Shown: positions 54,298-64,000 of the stretch, in pieces
Layout: every line of letters begins with the position of its first letter
Position numbering within the stretch: position 1 is the first letter of the stretch
Assembly (NCBI GenBank): GCA_030167865.1
Contig: JALAGF010002086.1
Location: forward strand, 1-64,000
Direction of reading: 5' to 3'
Origin: Craspedostauros australis
Taxonomy: Eukaryota
Length of the DNA: 64,000 nucleotides
Notes under the pieces: model-generated
The model's database searches: none
Told to the model about the DNA's origin: nothing
What the model saw: the letters and a program-made list of their open reading frames with translations, nothing else
Program-made: the position numbers and the translations under genes

Positions 54298-57200
54298 ATG
54301 GCGCAACCAAGTGGAGATCTGCGTCAAACGCTGATGGGGACGCTGTCCCCTCATGTCGACACGCGACGCAATGGTGCGTTGTTATTTTGGATACAATATT
54401 TCGCTGTGTTGCAGTGCTTTACGTGCATCTATATGCCTTCTGTTGTTCGATCTTTGATATGTGTGGTCGTGCTACTGGATTCGTGCTCACGCTCAGCATT
54501 CTTCATCATTGTTCATTTCTTCCTTGTCATGTCATTTCATTGTCTCCGCACGTATCTCGCTTCCATCGACTACCTTACCACACTTTCACATTCACATGCA
54601 ATACGATTGGGATTGACTTTGGCGCATTCATGATGTGGCACTATTCCTCACTATGCATCAACAACTTTCATCAACAACAACATTCATGGACTGCTGCGCT
54701 GCGCCACGGTGCAATCGTGATCGTTCATGTTTCTATGGTATGGTACATGTCACGTCCCCCCTTCACTCCCAATCGGTGGACCAATCAATGCAACGATCAA
54801 CCATCTGCGGAACCAAATATTGCAACATCGTCATGGTACCCGTACCCTGCCGACAAACAAATTGAACGCCCGCTGTGTCAACAGCCGAAAAGAGCTTGGA
54901 GGCTGCGACGAAGAACCCAGCGCACCCATTGCAGGTGCTGCAGCTGATCGCCAACTCTGATGCTGCCGATCTCAACATTCGACAGTGCGCCGCTGTGCAT
55001 TTCAAAAATCTTGTCAAGAAGGGTTGGGATGAGAACAACGAGAATGGTACGGATGGCATCGTCATCCAGCAGCAGGACAGAGCCACCATCAAGACGCACC
55101 TGGTGGAGCTCATGTGCACAGTGCCACCGCAAATCCAGGCACAGATTTCCGAGGCCATCAGTCTCATCGCCATCGTGGATTACCCTGCCAAGTGGGACAA
55201 CCTCCTCCCGGAGCTCGTGCAGAAGTTCAACTCGACCGACATGAACGTCCTCTGCGGTGTGCTCAAGACGGCCAACTCCATCTTCAAACGCTTCCGTTAC
55301 GTCGCTCGCAGTGACGACCTGTACCGCGTTATCCTGTACACCCTGGAGCGCATCCAGGAACCGCTCCTCGCTCTCTTCATCTCGCTTGGCAGAGCAGTCG
55401 AGGCCTACGGGAATGACGCCCAGCAGCTCAAGCCACGGTTCGACGCGCTTCGCTCCATCTGCCGCATCTTCTACTCGCTCAACTACCAGGATCTGCCAGA
55501 GTTCTTTGAGGATCACATGTCGGAGTGGATGACGGAATTCGCCAAGTACCTGCGGTACAAGAACCCATTGCTCACCGACAACGACGAGGAAATGGAGCCA
55601 AGTCCCATCGACAAGCTGCAGGCCGCTGTCGTTCAGAATCTTGCGCACTACGCAGACAAGGACGAAGAACCGTTCCTCCCATTCCTTGGAAACTTCACCA
55701 CTCTCGTGTGGGATCTCGTCATCAATCTCACACCCCTCAGCAAGCACGACACTCTCGTCACCACCAGCATCAAGTTCCTCAGCTCCCTTGTCGCGAAGCT
55801 CATGCACAAGCAGCTCTTCCAGGAGGAGGCAACCTTGCGACAGATCATCACCATGATCGTCATTCCAAACCTCATGATCCGCGAGGTTGACGAGGAGCGC
55901 TTCGAGGATGATCCGCATGACTACCTCCTCACGGAAGTCGAGGGCAGCGACAGCGAATCCAGACGCAAGTGCAGTCAGGACCTGCTACGCGCCATGTGCC
56001 GTCAGTTCGAAGCCGAGACCACCAAGATTTGCTCCGAGCATGTCGGATCTATGCTTGCCGAATTCGCCAAAGACAACAGCAAGTGGGCAGCCAAGGACGC
56101 AGCGGTAAGTGTTTTTTTTCTTTTCTTCTGAAAGCCAAATGGGGGACGGAAATCAGGGTCATTCTATTTGGCCTCGTTCTGCTTCCATCGCTGGTCGTCC
56201 ACCGTTTGTATTTCGTCCTCGCTCACATATGACTTCATCTTTTCATCACATCGCATCATGTTGTATCGCTCCATCCGTACATAGATTCATCTCATGCTTG
56301 GAATCTCCATTCGTCGTGAGAACAAGATGGGCGTCACCGCAGTTAATGACGCTGTCAACGTCATGGACTTCTTCAACACCCATGTTTTCCCAGAGCTGCA
56401 GGACGGCAACCACGCCAATAGACCCATGGTCAAAACAACCGCCATCAAATTCGTCTGCACATTCCGCCAGCAGTTCTCGAAGGAGCAAACCGTCGCCCTG
56501 CTCCCCTTGCTTATCGCCCATCTCTCTTCGCCGAGCGTCGTCGTTCACACCTTCGCGGCGTACGCCATTGAGCGCATGCTGATGACGAGGGATGTGGATG
56601 CCGCCGGGGTGAAGCGAACCAGGCTCACAGTCAACGAGCTTCAGCCGTTCTTGGAGATCCTCTTCACCAGCCTTTTCCAGCTCGTCGAAAACGTGGATTA
56701 CGATGAGAATGACTATGTCATGAAGTGCATCATGCGCTCGCTGGCCACAGCTGGTGAGAAGATCATCCCCATCACGGGCATCGTCTTCGAGAAGCTTTCC
56801 GGGGCGCTCGCGCGAGTCTGCAAGAATCCGCGAAAGCCGCAATTCAACCACTACCTCTTCGAATCCATCGCCGTCCTCGTGCGATCTGTCTGCTCCAAGG
56901 ACCCCAACCAAACCAGCCAACTGGAGGCTCTGCTATTCCCGCCATTCCAAACCGTGCTGCAGATGGAGATTGCCGAGTTCACGCCGTACGTGTTCCAGGT
57001 ATTGGCGCAGCTACTGGAGTATCGACCGCAGGGATCCGGTTTGGGAGAATCGTACTCCATGCTCTTCCCACCGCTGCTGTCCCCGGTCCTTTGGGAGCGT
57101 CGCGGAAACATCCCAGCGTTGGTTCGTCTGGTCGAAGCTTACCTCAAGAAAGCCGGCGAGGAGCTCGCACGTCAGCACACGCAGGGCATCTTGGGTATCT

Positions 57201-57919
57201 TCCAGAAACTCGTGGCCAGCAAGGCCAACGAGGTGTACGGTTTCGATCATTTGAAATCCATCACGCTGAACATACCGCCAGCCGTGCTGAGTCCGTACAT
57301 GAAAACGGTCTTCGAGATCCTCCTGCGCCGCTTGCAGTCCGGCAGAACCCCAAAGTACGTCCGATTGATGACACAGTACTTCGCGCTCTTCATCGGAAAG
57401 TTCGGTGCCGCGAAATTCTTCGATACGATGAACTCCATCCAGCAGGGTGTCGCCTTCAACATCCTCGGGCAGGTGTGGATCCCACGCCTGAAGACGGATG
57501 CGCCATCGCGGCTGGATGCCAAAATCCAGGTCGTGGGGCTCACCCGTCTTCTCACGGACACGCCTGCTCTTCTGCAGGATGCTACCGGCCAGCAGGCATT
57601 TGCTCAGATCCTGGTTGCCACCGTCAGCATCATGACATCTCCAAACTTCTCCAGTGCCGACGGCAACGACGACGACGCCGAAGCTGAGATTGGATACGAC
57701 GCCGTGTATTCGGGTCTTACGTTCGCCAGAAAGCGGGTGGAGGATCCATTTGCATCCATCACGAACCCATCCGCAGCGCTGGCCACCGCGCTTCAGCAGC
57801 TGTCCGCCTCCAAGCCAGGCGTGTTGGGACCACTGATCCAAACTGGATTCGCTTCTGATCCGAAGTCGTTGCTTGGATTCCAGAACATGTGCCAAACAGC
57901 AGGAGTCAATCTCTCATAG
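54298..57919 (+). CDS. CSE1: Exportin-2 / CSE1 (importin-alpha re-exporter), 3 exons
   Basis: Exons 54298-54373, 54885-56104 and 56285-57919 join in frame. IBN_N (AAVHFKNLVKKGW), IFYSLNYQDLPEFFEDHM, ENDYVMKCIMR, NPRKPQFNHYLFES and EFTPYVFQ. Confidence 0.95.
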
Positions 57920-58366
57920 AGTTGAGTAGGCTAGAGTTTAGTACGGCAGGTGCAGACGGAGCATATCACACGCATTCCTGCGATCGCACTCACAAACTAA
58001 CAATACTGGTAGCGAAGAAGGCTTGGAATAAACGAACATGGCCTCATGAATTTGGTTGCTCGTGGTGTGCTTCGAGTAGTACTGGTAGAGAACTCTGCTC
58101 TTCTTCATGTATTGCCTCGTCGTGTCAGGTTTGGTTACGAATTCTCAGCACTCCCCACATAGACACAGACACACTCTGTTCACCAGACAACTTCTCGTGT
58201 GTATTCAGTACTGCTGTGCGTAGTATGTATGAATGAGCAAAGTGTTACTGTAAACGCTTCATGCGAGACATTCTCGTTTCCATTTAGTGGCAACCGCCCA
58301 TCGCATCATGATACCAGTTGACTCAAACGTGCCTATCACACGTCCTCGTCCTCTTACACTTGTACT

Positions 58367-61300
58367 TTAATACCAGTTGTCTCGGATCACTCTGTCGGAG
58401 GTGGAGCGGATCTGCGCGACTTCGCGTGGAATACCCTGCTGTCTCCACAAGACCTCAAGGGCGCGATATCTTTCGGCATTCAGGAACAGTGGACGTCCTC
58501 TGCGCAGGCTGGGATCCTCTTCACCATGCTCATCGACGTACAGACTTGGCGAGTATGCCGATTTGTTGTTGTGCATGAGAAGCACGGTACATTTCTGAAC
58601 AAGGAAGAAGATGCCGATGCCCGAACCGTTCTTCCTCGCATGGAGCGTGCATGCGCCTGGCGGTCGCTTCGAGGTGTACGGTGGGCGTCTCACAGAACCG
58701 GATCGCATCACGGCACCGGTGAGGAGACAGATCGCCGTTTCGGCGTTACTGGCATCGTCATTTTCATCCAACGACGTCGATTCCTCCCTACCCTTGACCT
58801 TGTTCACGACACCGTACAGCTCCACGAATGACTTGGGCAGGCGGATGAGACTGAAGGTGGGCACGTCCTTGCGGTGGATCTGCCCAAGGAGGCTGAGATC
58901 CGCCATAACTGACCTGAGGCTCGATGGTCCAGCACTGCTCTTGGTGCTCATTGAGTCGAGTGCAAGCAGGCTTGCCTGCTGTGACAGGATAGGACGCTGC
59001 GCAACCTTCGCAAACACGTATGCAGAATCGTCACCATCATCTCCGGGATCAGAGCCTGCTGCACTTGGATCATCACCGGCTGATTCTTCAGCGTCGCTGG
59101 CCGGCCTGGAGCCGCTGAGGGCAACGATGAATCGCCTGGCTGCTGCGGCAACGTCTCCGTCGAGCTCATCCATCTCTTCTGCCTCGCTGATCAGATCCTC
59201 GTCCAGCACGCCATTGCCGTCAGCTCCGTCGGCATTTTCGACGGCGAAGAATGGGTTGTTGAACGAATCGTAGCTGCCATTGCTGTCGTTGCTATTGTTG
59301 TTGTTGGCATCATCATCTTGGTCGATGCCATCCGTGTCGCCTCCGTCCGTCTCCATCTCGCTGCTGGAACTCGCGAGGTTGCGTGTAGACGATGCTTGTG
59401 CAGGATGAGTGACCGCACTGGCATTGCCAGTCCCAGCACCCTGTGTCTCATGCGATGAACTGGCAGAAGCCGGAGGCTTTGCACTGGCAATGGCAGCAGG
59501 CTTTCCAGATTCTAGAGCAATTGCTGCGCTGCCGACAGAATCGCCCGGCGTCTTCAGGATTTGTGGAAGCAACGACTTTCCGTCAGATCCGTGATGCATC
59601 TCGAAACCGATCACGTGGCTCATCCACCTGTCGATGAGCGACCACCAGGCCGTCGACTTGTCAGTGAATTTGGATGGCAACGGGCCTCCCATCTCTCGCA
59701 ACACATACAACCCGTCGTTGGTCACCAAACTTTCAGAGTCCGTGACAAGAGTTTGGAGGAGAGTATCGCTTTCTGTCTTCTGCGCTGCTTCGTCACCATC
59801 CTTCTTCTGCCGCTCGTTGATGACCGCGAGGCAAGCTCGAAGAATCAAAATGACAGATCGTGAGAAGGGAAGGATCGCTCTGCTCACCGCTCCGAAGAGG
59901 CCGGTGGCTGACATGTTGATATCTGATTGGGTGTGTACACCCTTCGTTCCGAATGACCTCCCAGCCATGCGGCCTCTGCAGTGCCTAAGGAGATGGAGCA
60001 ACGCCTCTCCTTCGCGATCGATGTCGCCTTCCTGCCAGTGGCCCTCCTCGTCTTCGTCTTCCACATCCATTGCATCCTGCTGGACGTCGAAGCCGTATGG
60101 TGTGATGACGCACTGCACAAGCCGGGCAAGGATGAGGTTTCTTGCAACGTCCAGCAGGTCCGCACTGCCGACGGAGACACGATCACCGTTGGCCAGCACT
60201 GTCGAGAAAATCGCCCCTGCCAGCGTGTTCATGTCCCAGGCAAGCATGGGCATGTAAAGGAAGGTGCTGGCCACTGCTGGACGGAACACGTCCGCATCTT
60301 CCGCTGACGACGGAACGAATGGCGCCATCGTTCCCCACCCCCGAGGGATTCCAACGTCGACAGGCTTCATTCTTGCAGCCACTTGCCGAATGGCGTGAGG
60401 GCTGGGAGCCTCGCCGCTCGTCACAGCACCTGTGCCGGTGCCCCGCACTGTCCACATCGACGCAGCAGCAGCTCTTGCTTCGTGGCGCTGGGAGATCATT
60501 CCGTCACGCGCCACATGGCATGGCATGCAGACCATGAGCGAAGTGAGCTGGCTCCAGACGACCTGACTTTGGACATCCGCGTCGTTCCCACTATCCACAG
60601 CGTTGTTATCAAAGTTGACACCAGAAATCCACGATTGTCCATCCATGATGTTCGCGAGGCATCTTCCGACGATAGACGTCTGTCCCGGTCCATTGCTGGC
60701 CGATCCAAGTTGTCTTGCTGTTTCGGAGATGAGCACTTCCAGTAGCCCTGCAGCACCTGTCACTGTTCTCTTCAGCTCCATGGCCGTCGGTGTTGCATCG
60801 CCTGATTTCGAATAGTCGGTCCAAGGATCGTCATTCTTGGAGAATGATCCGAATGGAAGCACCTCCTCGATTCCGCGCGTTGAGGCTTCTGCTGATGCTG
60901 CGCTGTGCCCCACGGCCGCCCATGCGATGTGTTGCTGCCGCAGCAGGCGCAGGATGGTTCCGACACCGATTTCGCCCGAGTCTGACATGTTCGACTCGTC
61001 ATTCCTCTCCACGATATCCCAGCGTTGGATGGCGGCATTCCAGCGACGCCCTTTGCGCTTCCTGTTCGAGCCGGTACGCTCCCATCGCACCTCCATGGCC
61101 TGCAGCAGGTGGGCGCCAAAATCGCTCAGTGCTTTCTTGCCCATATCGCTGGCGTTGTCCGAAAGCTGCTGCTCGTCCATGGACGTCGCCGCCAGCACCA
61201 GGTTCTGGACACGTTTGGCACTGTCATCAGCTTGGCTCTCTTCCCCTGTGGACATGGTCTGCGGCAATGACTGGGGCGTCTTTTGCGCGCATCCATCACG

Positions 61301-64000
61301 AGGAATGAGGATGTTCGACAGCTGCTTGCACAAGGGGCACAGGAACTCTCCATCGTCGATGTTCGCTGCAAACCGGCCATCGTACGGCTGATCTCCAGCA
61401 GCCCGCTGGTGCAATGACAGGGTGTGCGTCTCCACACATTTCAAGTGCGCAGCATGACCGCACTGGCGAATGATGGGGCGTGTGCTGCCCCAACGGGTGC
61501 TGTTGTAGCAAAGCGAAACCAGCGGGCTCAGGATGACGTATCCCTGGGAGGACTGGACGCTGGCCCAGCCCTTCGTCGTCTCGCCAGTCTCCTCCGAGTC
61601 GTGCTCCACGAAGACCCTCCGTGATAGGATATCGTAGTCATCGGACACGGTGCTCTGAAGGACGCGAACCAAACTTCCCGGCGGCAAGCATTTCAACGGA
61701 TTCGAATCCATGGCTTCAGTTTCGCGCAGCTGACATCCCATGTGGCCTACCACGCTATAGGTGGTCAACAAACGATGTTGGTTGGTCCCATCATTTGATA
61801 TTCTCGTCGCCTCGTTGCATGCTCGCATTTGCGCGACCCTGGATCGCTGAACATGCCCGAGGTATCCGAGCGGGCCATTGTTCTCGCCATCAGCGTCGTC
61901 GCATCTGCAGATGATGCAAAGATCAACCTCCTCGTCGCCTTTGGACTTGCCCTCGAGTGGGTTGTCTGTGGGGTCCATGGTCGCGACGAAAGCCGTTTGC
62001 TTCTTTCGCATCATCTCCAACATTCGTTTCTGGGCCGCCTTGCCCCTCTCCTTGTTCTTCATGTCGGCCGACGAGGCCTTGTCTGGCGAGGCTTCCTGCG
62101 GTTTGGGCCAGAGGTCAGGCAAGCCGGACAGCATGGCACTGATCGTGAAGCGAACTGTGTCGTCGATGGTCCAGATCGTCATTCCGGAATCGTTCGATGA
62201 AGGGTATGGAGTCGTCGCAGGACGGATAGGGATGCCGTTGGTCGCGCTCTTCGATGCCGCGGCCACACTTGGTGCACCGTCGACGAGGGCATTGACGAAT
62301 CGCAGCAACCATTTCAGACCGCTGGAGGCCAGGCCGCGTGCTCCTCCATGACCATCAGCGCCCTGATCGTGGCCTCCGTTCGACTCCCCTCCTGCGCCAT
62401 GGTCGGCACGGTGTTCGTACAGTGCAATCATCAGACCCAGGATGGAGCCTCTCTTCTCGCCACTGCCTCTGGAGGTGAGGGGTCCGTCGGGATGGGGCCG
62501 CAGGGCCCATACGTCTGCCAGGCTTTCTGGCACACGGACAAGGCGCCCGAGGTAGGAGTTAATCGACAATCCTGCTGACAATGACTTGGCTTCATCATCG
62601 AGGCCTTCCTGTTCGATGTGCAATGATGCGCACTCTTCCAGGGTGTGCACCTGCAGTGTCAAGAGCTGCAGAACTTCCAGGAATGACACCGATGATGTCG
62701 AAACGGTATCCTCGGAGAATGCTGGTTTCGAATCAGAGTCCGAAATGCCGGAGCCTCGGAATGGGAACGAACTCGATCTGGCAGATCCGGAGGAAAATGC
62801 TCGTCTGCCGAATGCGATCGGTGGAACATCGCTGCTTGGCTCCGCGCTGTCCATTGCACCTGCCTGGCTGCCGGAGGAGCCAGCTTCGTTCTTGCTCACT
62901 GGCTCGGCGGGTGGCAGCCACGAGCCGGCTGTCAAGGAGTAGAGCAGATACCGACGGATTGCTGCGTCCATGGATGGCAGGTGGAGCAGCAGTCGGGATG
63001 GCAGGAATCGTGGGTGTGCTTTCGGTGGGGCGCACACCAGTGGCAGACACTTCGCATCGTTGCCGGTGTTCGGTCCCTTGCCCTTGGACAGCTTTTGCTT
63101 TCGCAGATTCGCGACCACATCCATGGCGTGCTGATGCTCTTGTCGTCGCAAGTGGAAGAATGTGGGATCGTATTCATCACAACACTCTGGCTTCAGTTCG
63201 TAGGCGGCCGGCGCCGAGGCACCACGTGATTGGCCCTTCTGCTTGCCCACTTCCTTGAGGACGCTGGCGAAGACATCGCGGAACAACCCGCCTCCGCCGC
63301 TGGTGCCCACGCTTCCGTCGCTCTCGTCTCTGCGATTGATAGCGCACGATGCGGCAGCCTGGGCCGCGCTGTGTGATCGTGGCTCTGCTGCGAGAGCATG
63401 GATAAGCTCGCGCTTGATGCTTTGCCGCAACCACATGTCGTCAGCTGCAGAAATCGGAGGAGGCGAAGGTAATTCGGTGACGATGACGCAGAGCGTGCTG
63501 AAGAATGACTCCGAGAGGACGACTGCGTGATCAGGATCCTGCAGTCTGGGTGGGTTGACCCACATGCCCAGTCCGGCCGTGTATGACGAGCTCCTTGTGC
63601 TGCTTGTGGAAGCTCTGCGCTCTGGGTCGCAGAGGTAACCGTCCATGTTGAACCGGCTGATCAGTAGGTTGAAGATGCGACGAGCACCAAGCCCAGCGCT
63701 CAGTCCGGCGGCGGACAGTTGGATCAGCGTGACATCCAGGTCTCGGAACGAACGGCACAGTGGAGTGATGGAGTAGTTTAGCGCCATTCCAGCCGTCGCG
63801 CTGCCATTCCTCGCCCACAGATGACGTTCGATTTGTTGCGCTGCTGCCAAGCACCGCATAGGGTGGTCAGCCAACGAATGGATGATCTTTGCAACGGCAA
63901 TGTTGGCAGATACGGCCCGCGAACGTGCTCTGCGACGCTGCGCCTCCTGCGGCGAACACTCTGGCGATGACCAGACGACACGGCAGTTGGATGCGCGGAG
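58367..64000 (-). CDS. UBR1/PRT6-like N-degron E3 ubiquitin ligase; 5' end lies outside the window
   Basis: The frame stays open from 64000 to the stop at 58367. Split RING-H2 (CIIC...CGHAAHLKC...GEFLCPLCKQLSNILIP) and C-terminal UBR domain (AICLLTG, CTLHAR..GIGIFF, SLYVDEHGEED..LRRGRPLFL). Confidence 0.9.
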   Translation of the reverse strand, partial: LRASNCRVVWSSPECSPQEAQRRRARSRAVSANIAVAKIIHSLADHPMRCLAAAQQIERHLWARNGSATAGMALNYSITPLCRSFRDLDVTLIQLSAAGLSAGLGARRIFNLLISRFNMDGYLCDPERRASTSSTRSSSYTAGLGMWVNPPRLQDPDHAVVLSESFFSTLCVIVTELPSPPPISAADDMWLRQSIKRELIHALAAEPRSHSAAQAAASCAINRRDESDGSVGTSGGGGLFRDVFASVLKEVGKQKGQSRGASAPAAYELKPECCDEYDPTFFHLRRQEHQHAMDVVANLRKQKLSKGKGPNTGNDAKCLPLVCAPPKAHPRFLPSRLLLHLPSMDAAIRRYLLYSLTAGSWLPPAEPVSKNEAGSSGSQAGAMDSAEPSSDVPPIAFGRRAFSSGSARSSSFPFRGSGISDSDSKPAFSEDTVSTSSVSFLEVLQLLTLQVHTLEECASLHIEQEGLDDEAKSLSAGLSINSYLGRLVRVPESLADVWALRPHPDGPLTSRGSGEKRGSILGLMIALYEHRADHGAGGESNGGHDQGADGHGGARGLASSGLKWLLRFVNALVDGAPSVAAASKSATNGIPIRPATTPYPSSNDSGMTIWTIDDTVRFTISAMLSGLPDLWPKPQEASPDKASSADMKNKERGKAAQKRMLEMMRKKQTAFVATMDPTDNPLEGKSKGDEEVDLCIICRCDDADGENNGPLGYLGHVQRSRVAQMRACNEATRISNDGTNQHRLLTTYSVVGHMGCQLRETEAMDSNPLKCLPPGSLVRVLQSTVSDDYDILSRRVFVEHDSEETGETTKGWASVQSSQGYVILSPLVSLCYNSTRWGSTRPIIRQCGHAAHLKCVETHTLSLHQRAAGDQPYDGRFAANIDDGEFLCPLCKQLSNILIPRDGCAQKTPQSLPQTMSTGEESQADDSAKRVQNLVLAATSMDEQQLSDNASDMGKKALSDFGAHLLQAMEVRWERTGSNRKRKGRRWNAAIQRWDIVERNDESNMSDSGEIGVGTILRLLRQQHIAWAAVGHSAASAEASTRGIEEVLPFGSFSKNDDPWTDYSKSGDATPTAMELKRTVTGAAGLLEVLISETARQLGSASNGPGQTSIVGRCLANIMDGQSWISGVNFDNNAVDSGNDADVQSQVVWSQLTSLMVCMPCHVARDGMISQRHEARAAAASMWTVRGTGTGAVTSGEAPSPHAIRQVAARMKPVDVGIPRGWGTMAPFVPSSAEDADVFRPAVASTFLYMPMLAWDMNTLAGAIFSTVLANGDRVSVGSADLLDVARNLILARLVQCVITPYGFDVQQDAMDVEDEDEEGHWQEGDIDREGEALLHLLRHCRGRMAGRSFGTKGVHTQSDINMSATGLFGAVSRAILPFSRSVILILRACLAVINERQKKDGDEAAQKTESDTLLQTLVTDSESLVTNDGLYVLREMGGPLPSKFTDKSTAWWSLIDRWMSHVIGFEMHHGSDGKSLLPQILKTPGDSVGSAAIALESGKPAAIASAKPPASASSSHETQGAGTGNASAVTHPAQASSTRNLASSSSEMETDGGDTDGIDQDDDANNNNSNDSNGSYDSFNNPFFAVENADGADGNGVLDEDLISEAEEMDELDGDVAAAARRFIVALSGSRPASDAEESAGDDPSAAGSDPGDDGDDSAYVFAKVAQRPILSQQASLLALDSMSTKSSAGPSSLRSVMADLSLLGQIHRKDVPTFSLIRLPKSFVELYGVVNKVKGREESTSLDENDDASNAETAICLLTGAVMRSGSVRRPPYTSKRPPGACTLHARKNGSGIGIFFLVQKCTVLLMHNNKSAYSPSLYVDEHGEEDPSLRRGRPLFLNAERYRALEVLWRQQGIPREVAQIRSTSDRVIRDNWY

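Overview
Gene-dense eukaryotic nuclear DNA, most likely a diatom. The evidence is a fucoxanthin-chlorophyll LHC protein, bipartite signal + 'AF' plastid presequences, and GT-AG introns of about 180-510 nt. I can support about 22 protein-coding genes. Recognisable ones: NDUFA13/GRIM-19, RRP8, a sulfotransferase, TYW1, a lumenal cyclophilin, an MgtE-type transporter, TOM70-like, dynein light intermediate chain-like, a P450-fold protein, SWSAP1-like, Yippee-like, a YqkD-like hydrolase, a PDH E2/E3BP-like protein, a BCS1-like AAA ATPase, VTA1, an LHC, CSE1 and a UBR1/PRT6-like E3 ligase. I saw no rRNA, tRNA, CRISPR array or recognisable transposon. The most interesting items are: (1) a >612-aa minus-strand P-loop NTPase ORF that runs off the left edge, is missing from the ORF track and resembles Crinkler/RHS-type NTPase effectors; (2) a P450-fold gene with no heme-ligating Cys; (3) a PDH E2 paralogue with no catalytic His (E3BP/PDHX-like); (4) an SH3b-like module inside the split RING of the UBR ligase; (5) a SWSAP1-like ATPase with a Cys-rich insert. 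All family calls come from recognising motifs by eye; no database searches were run.
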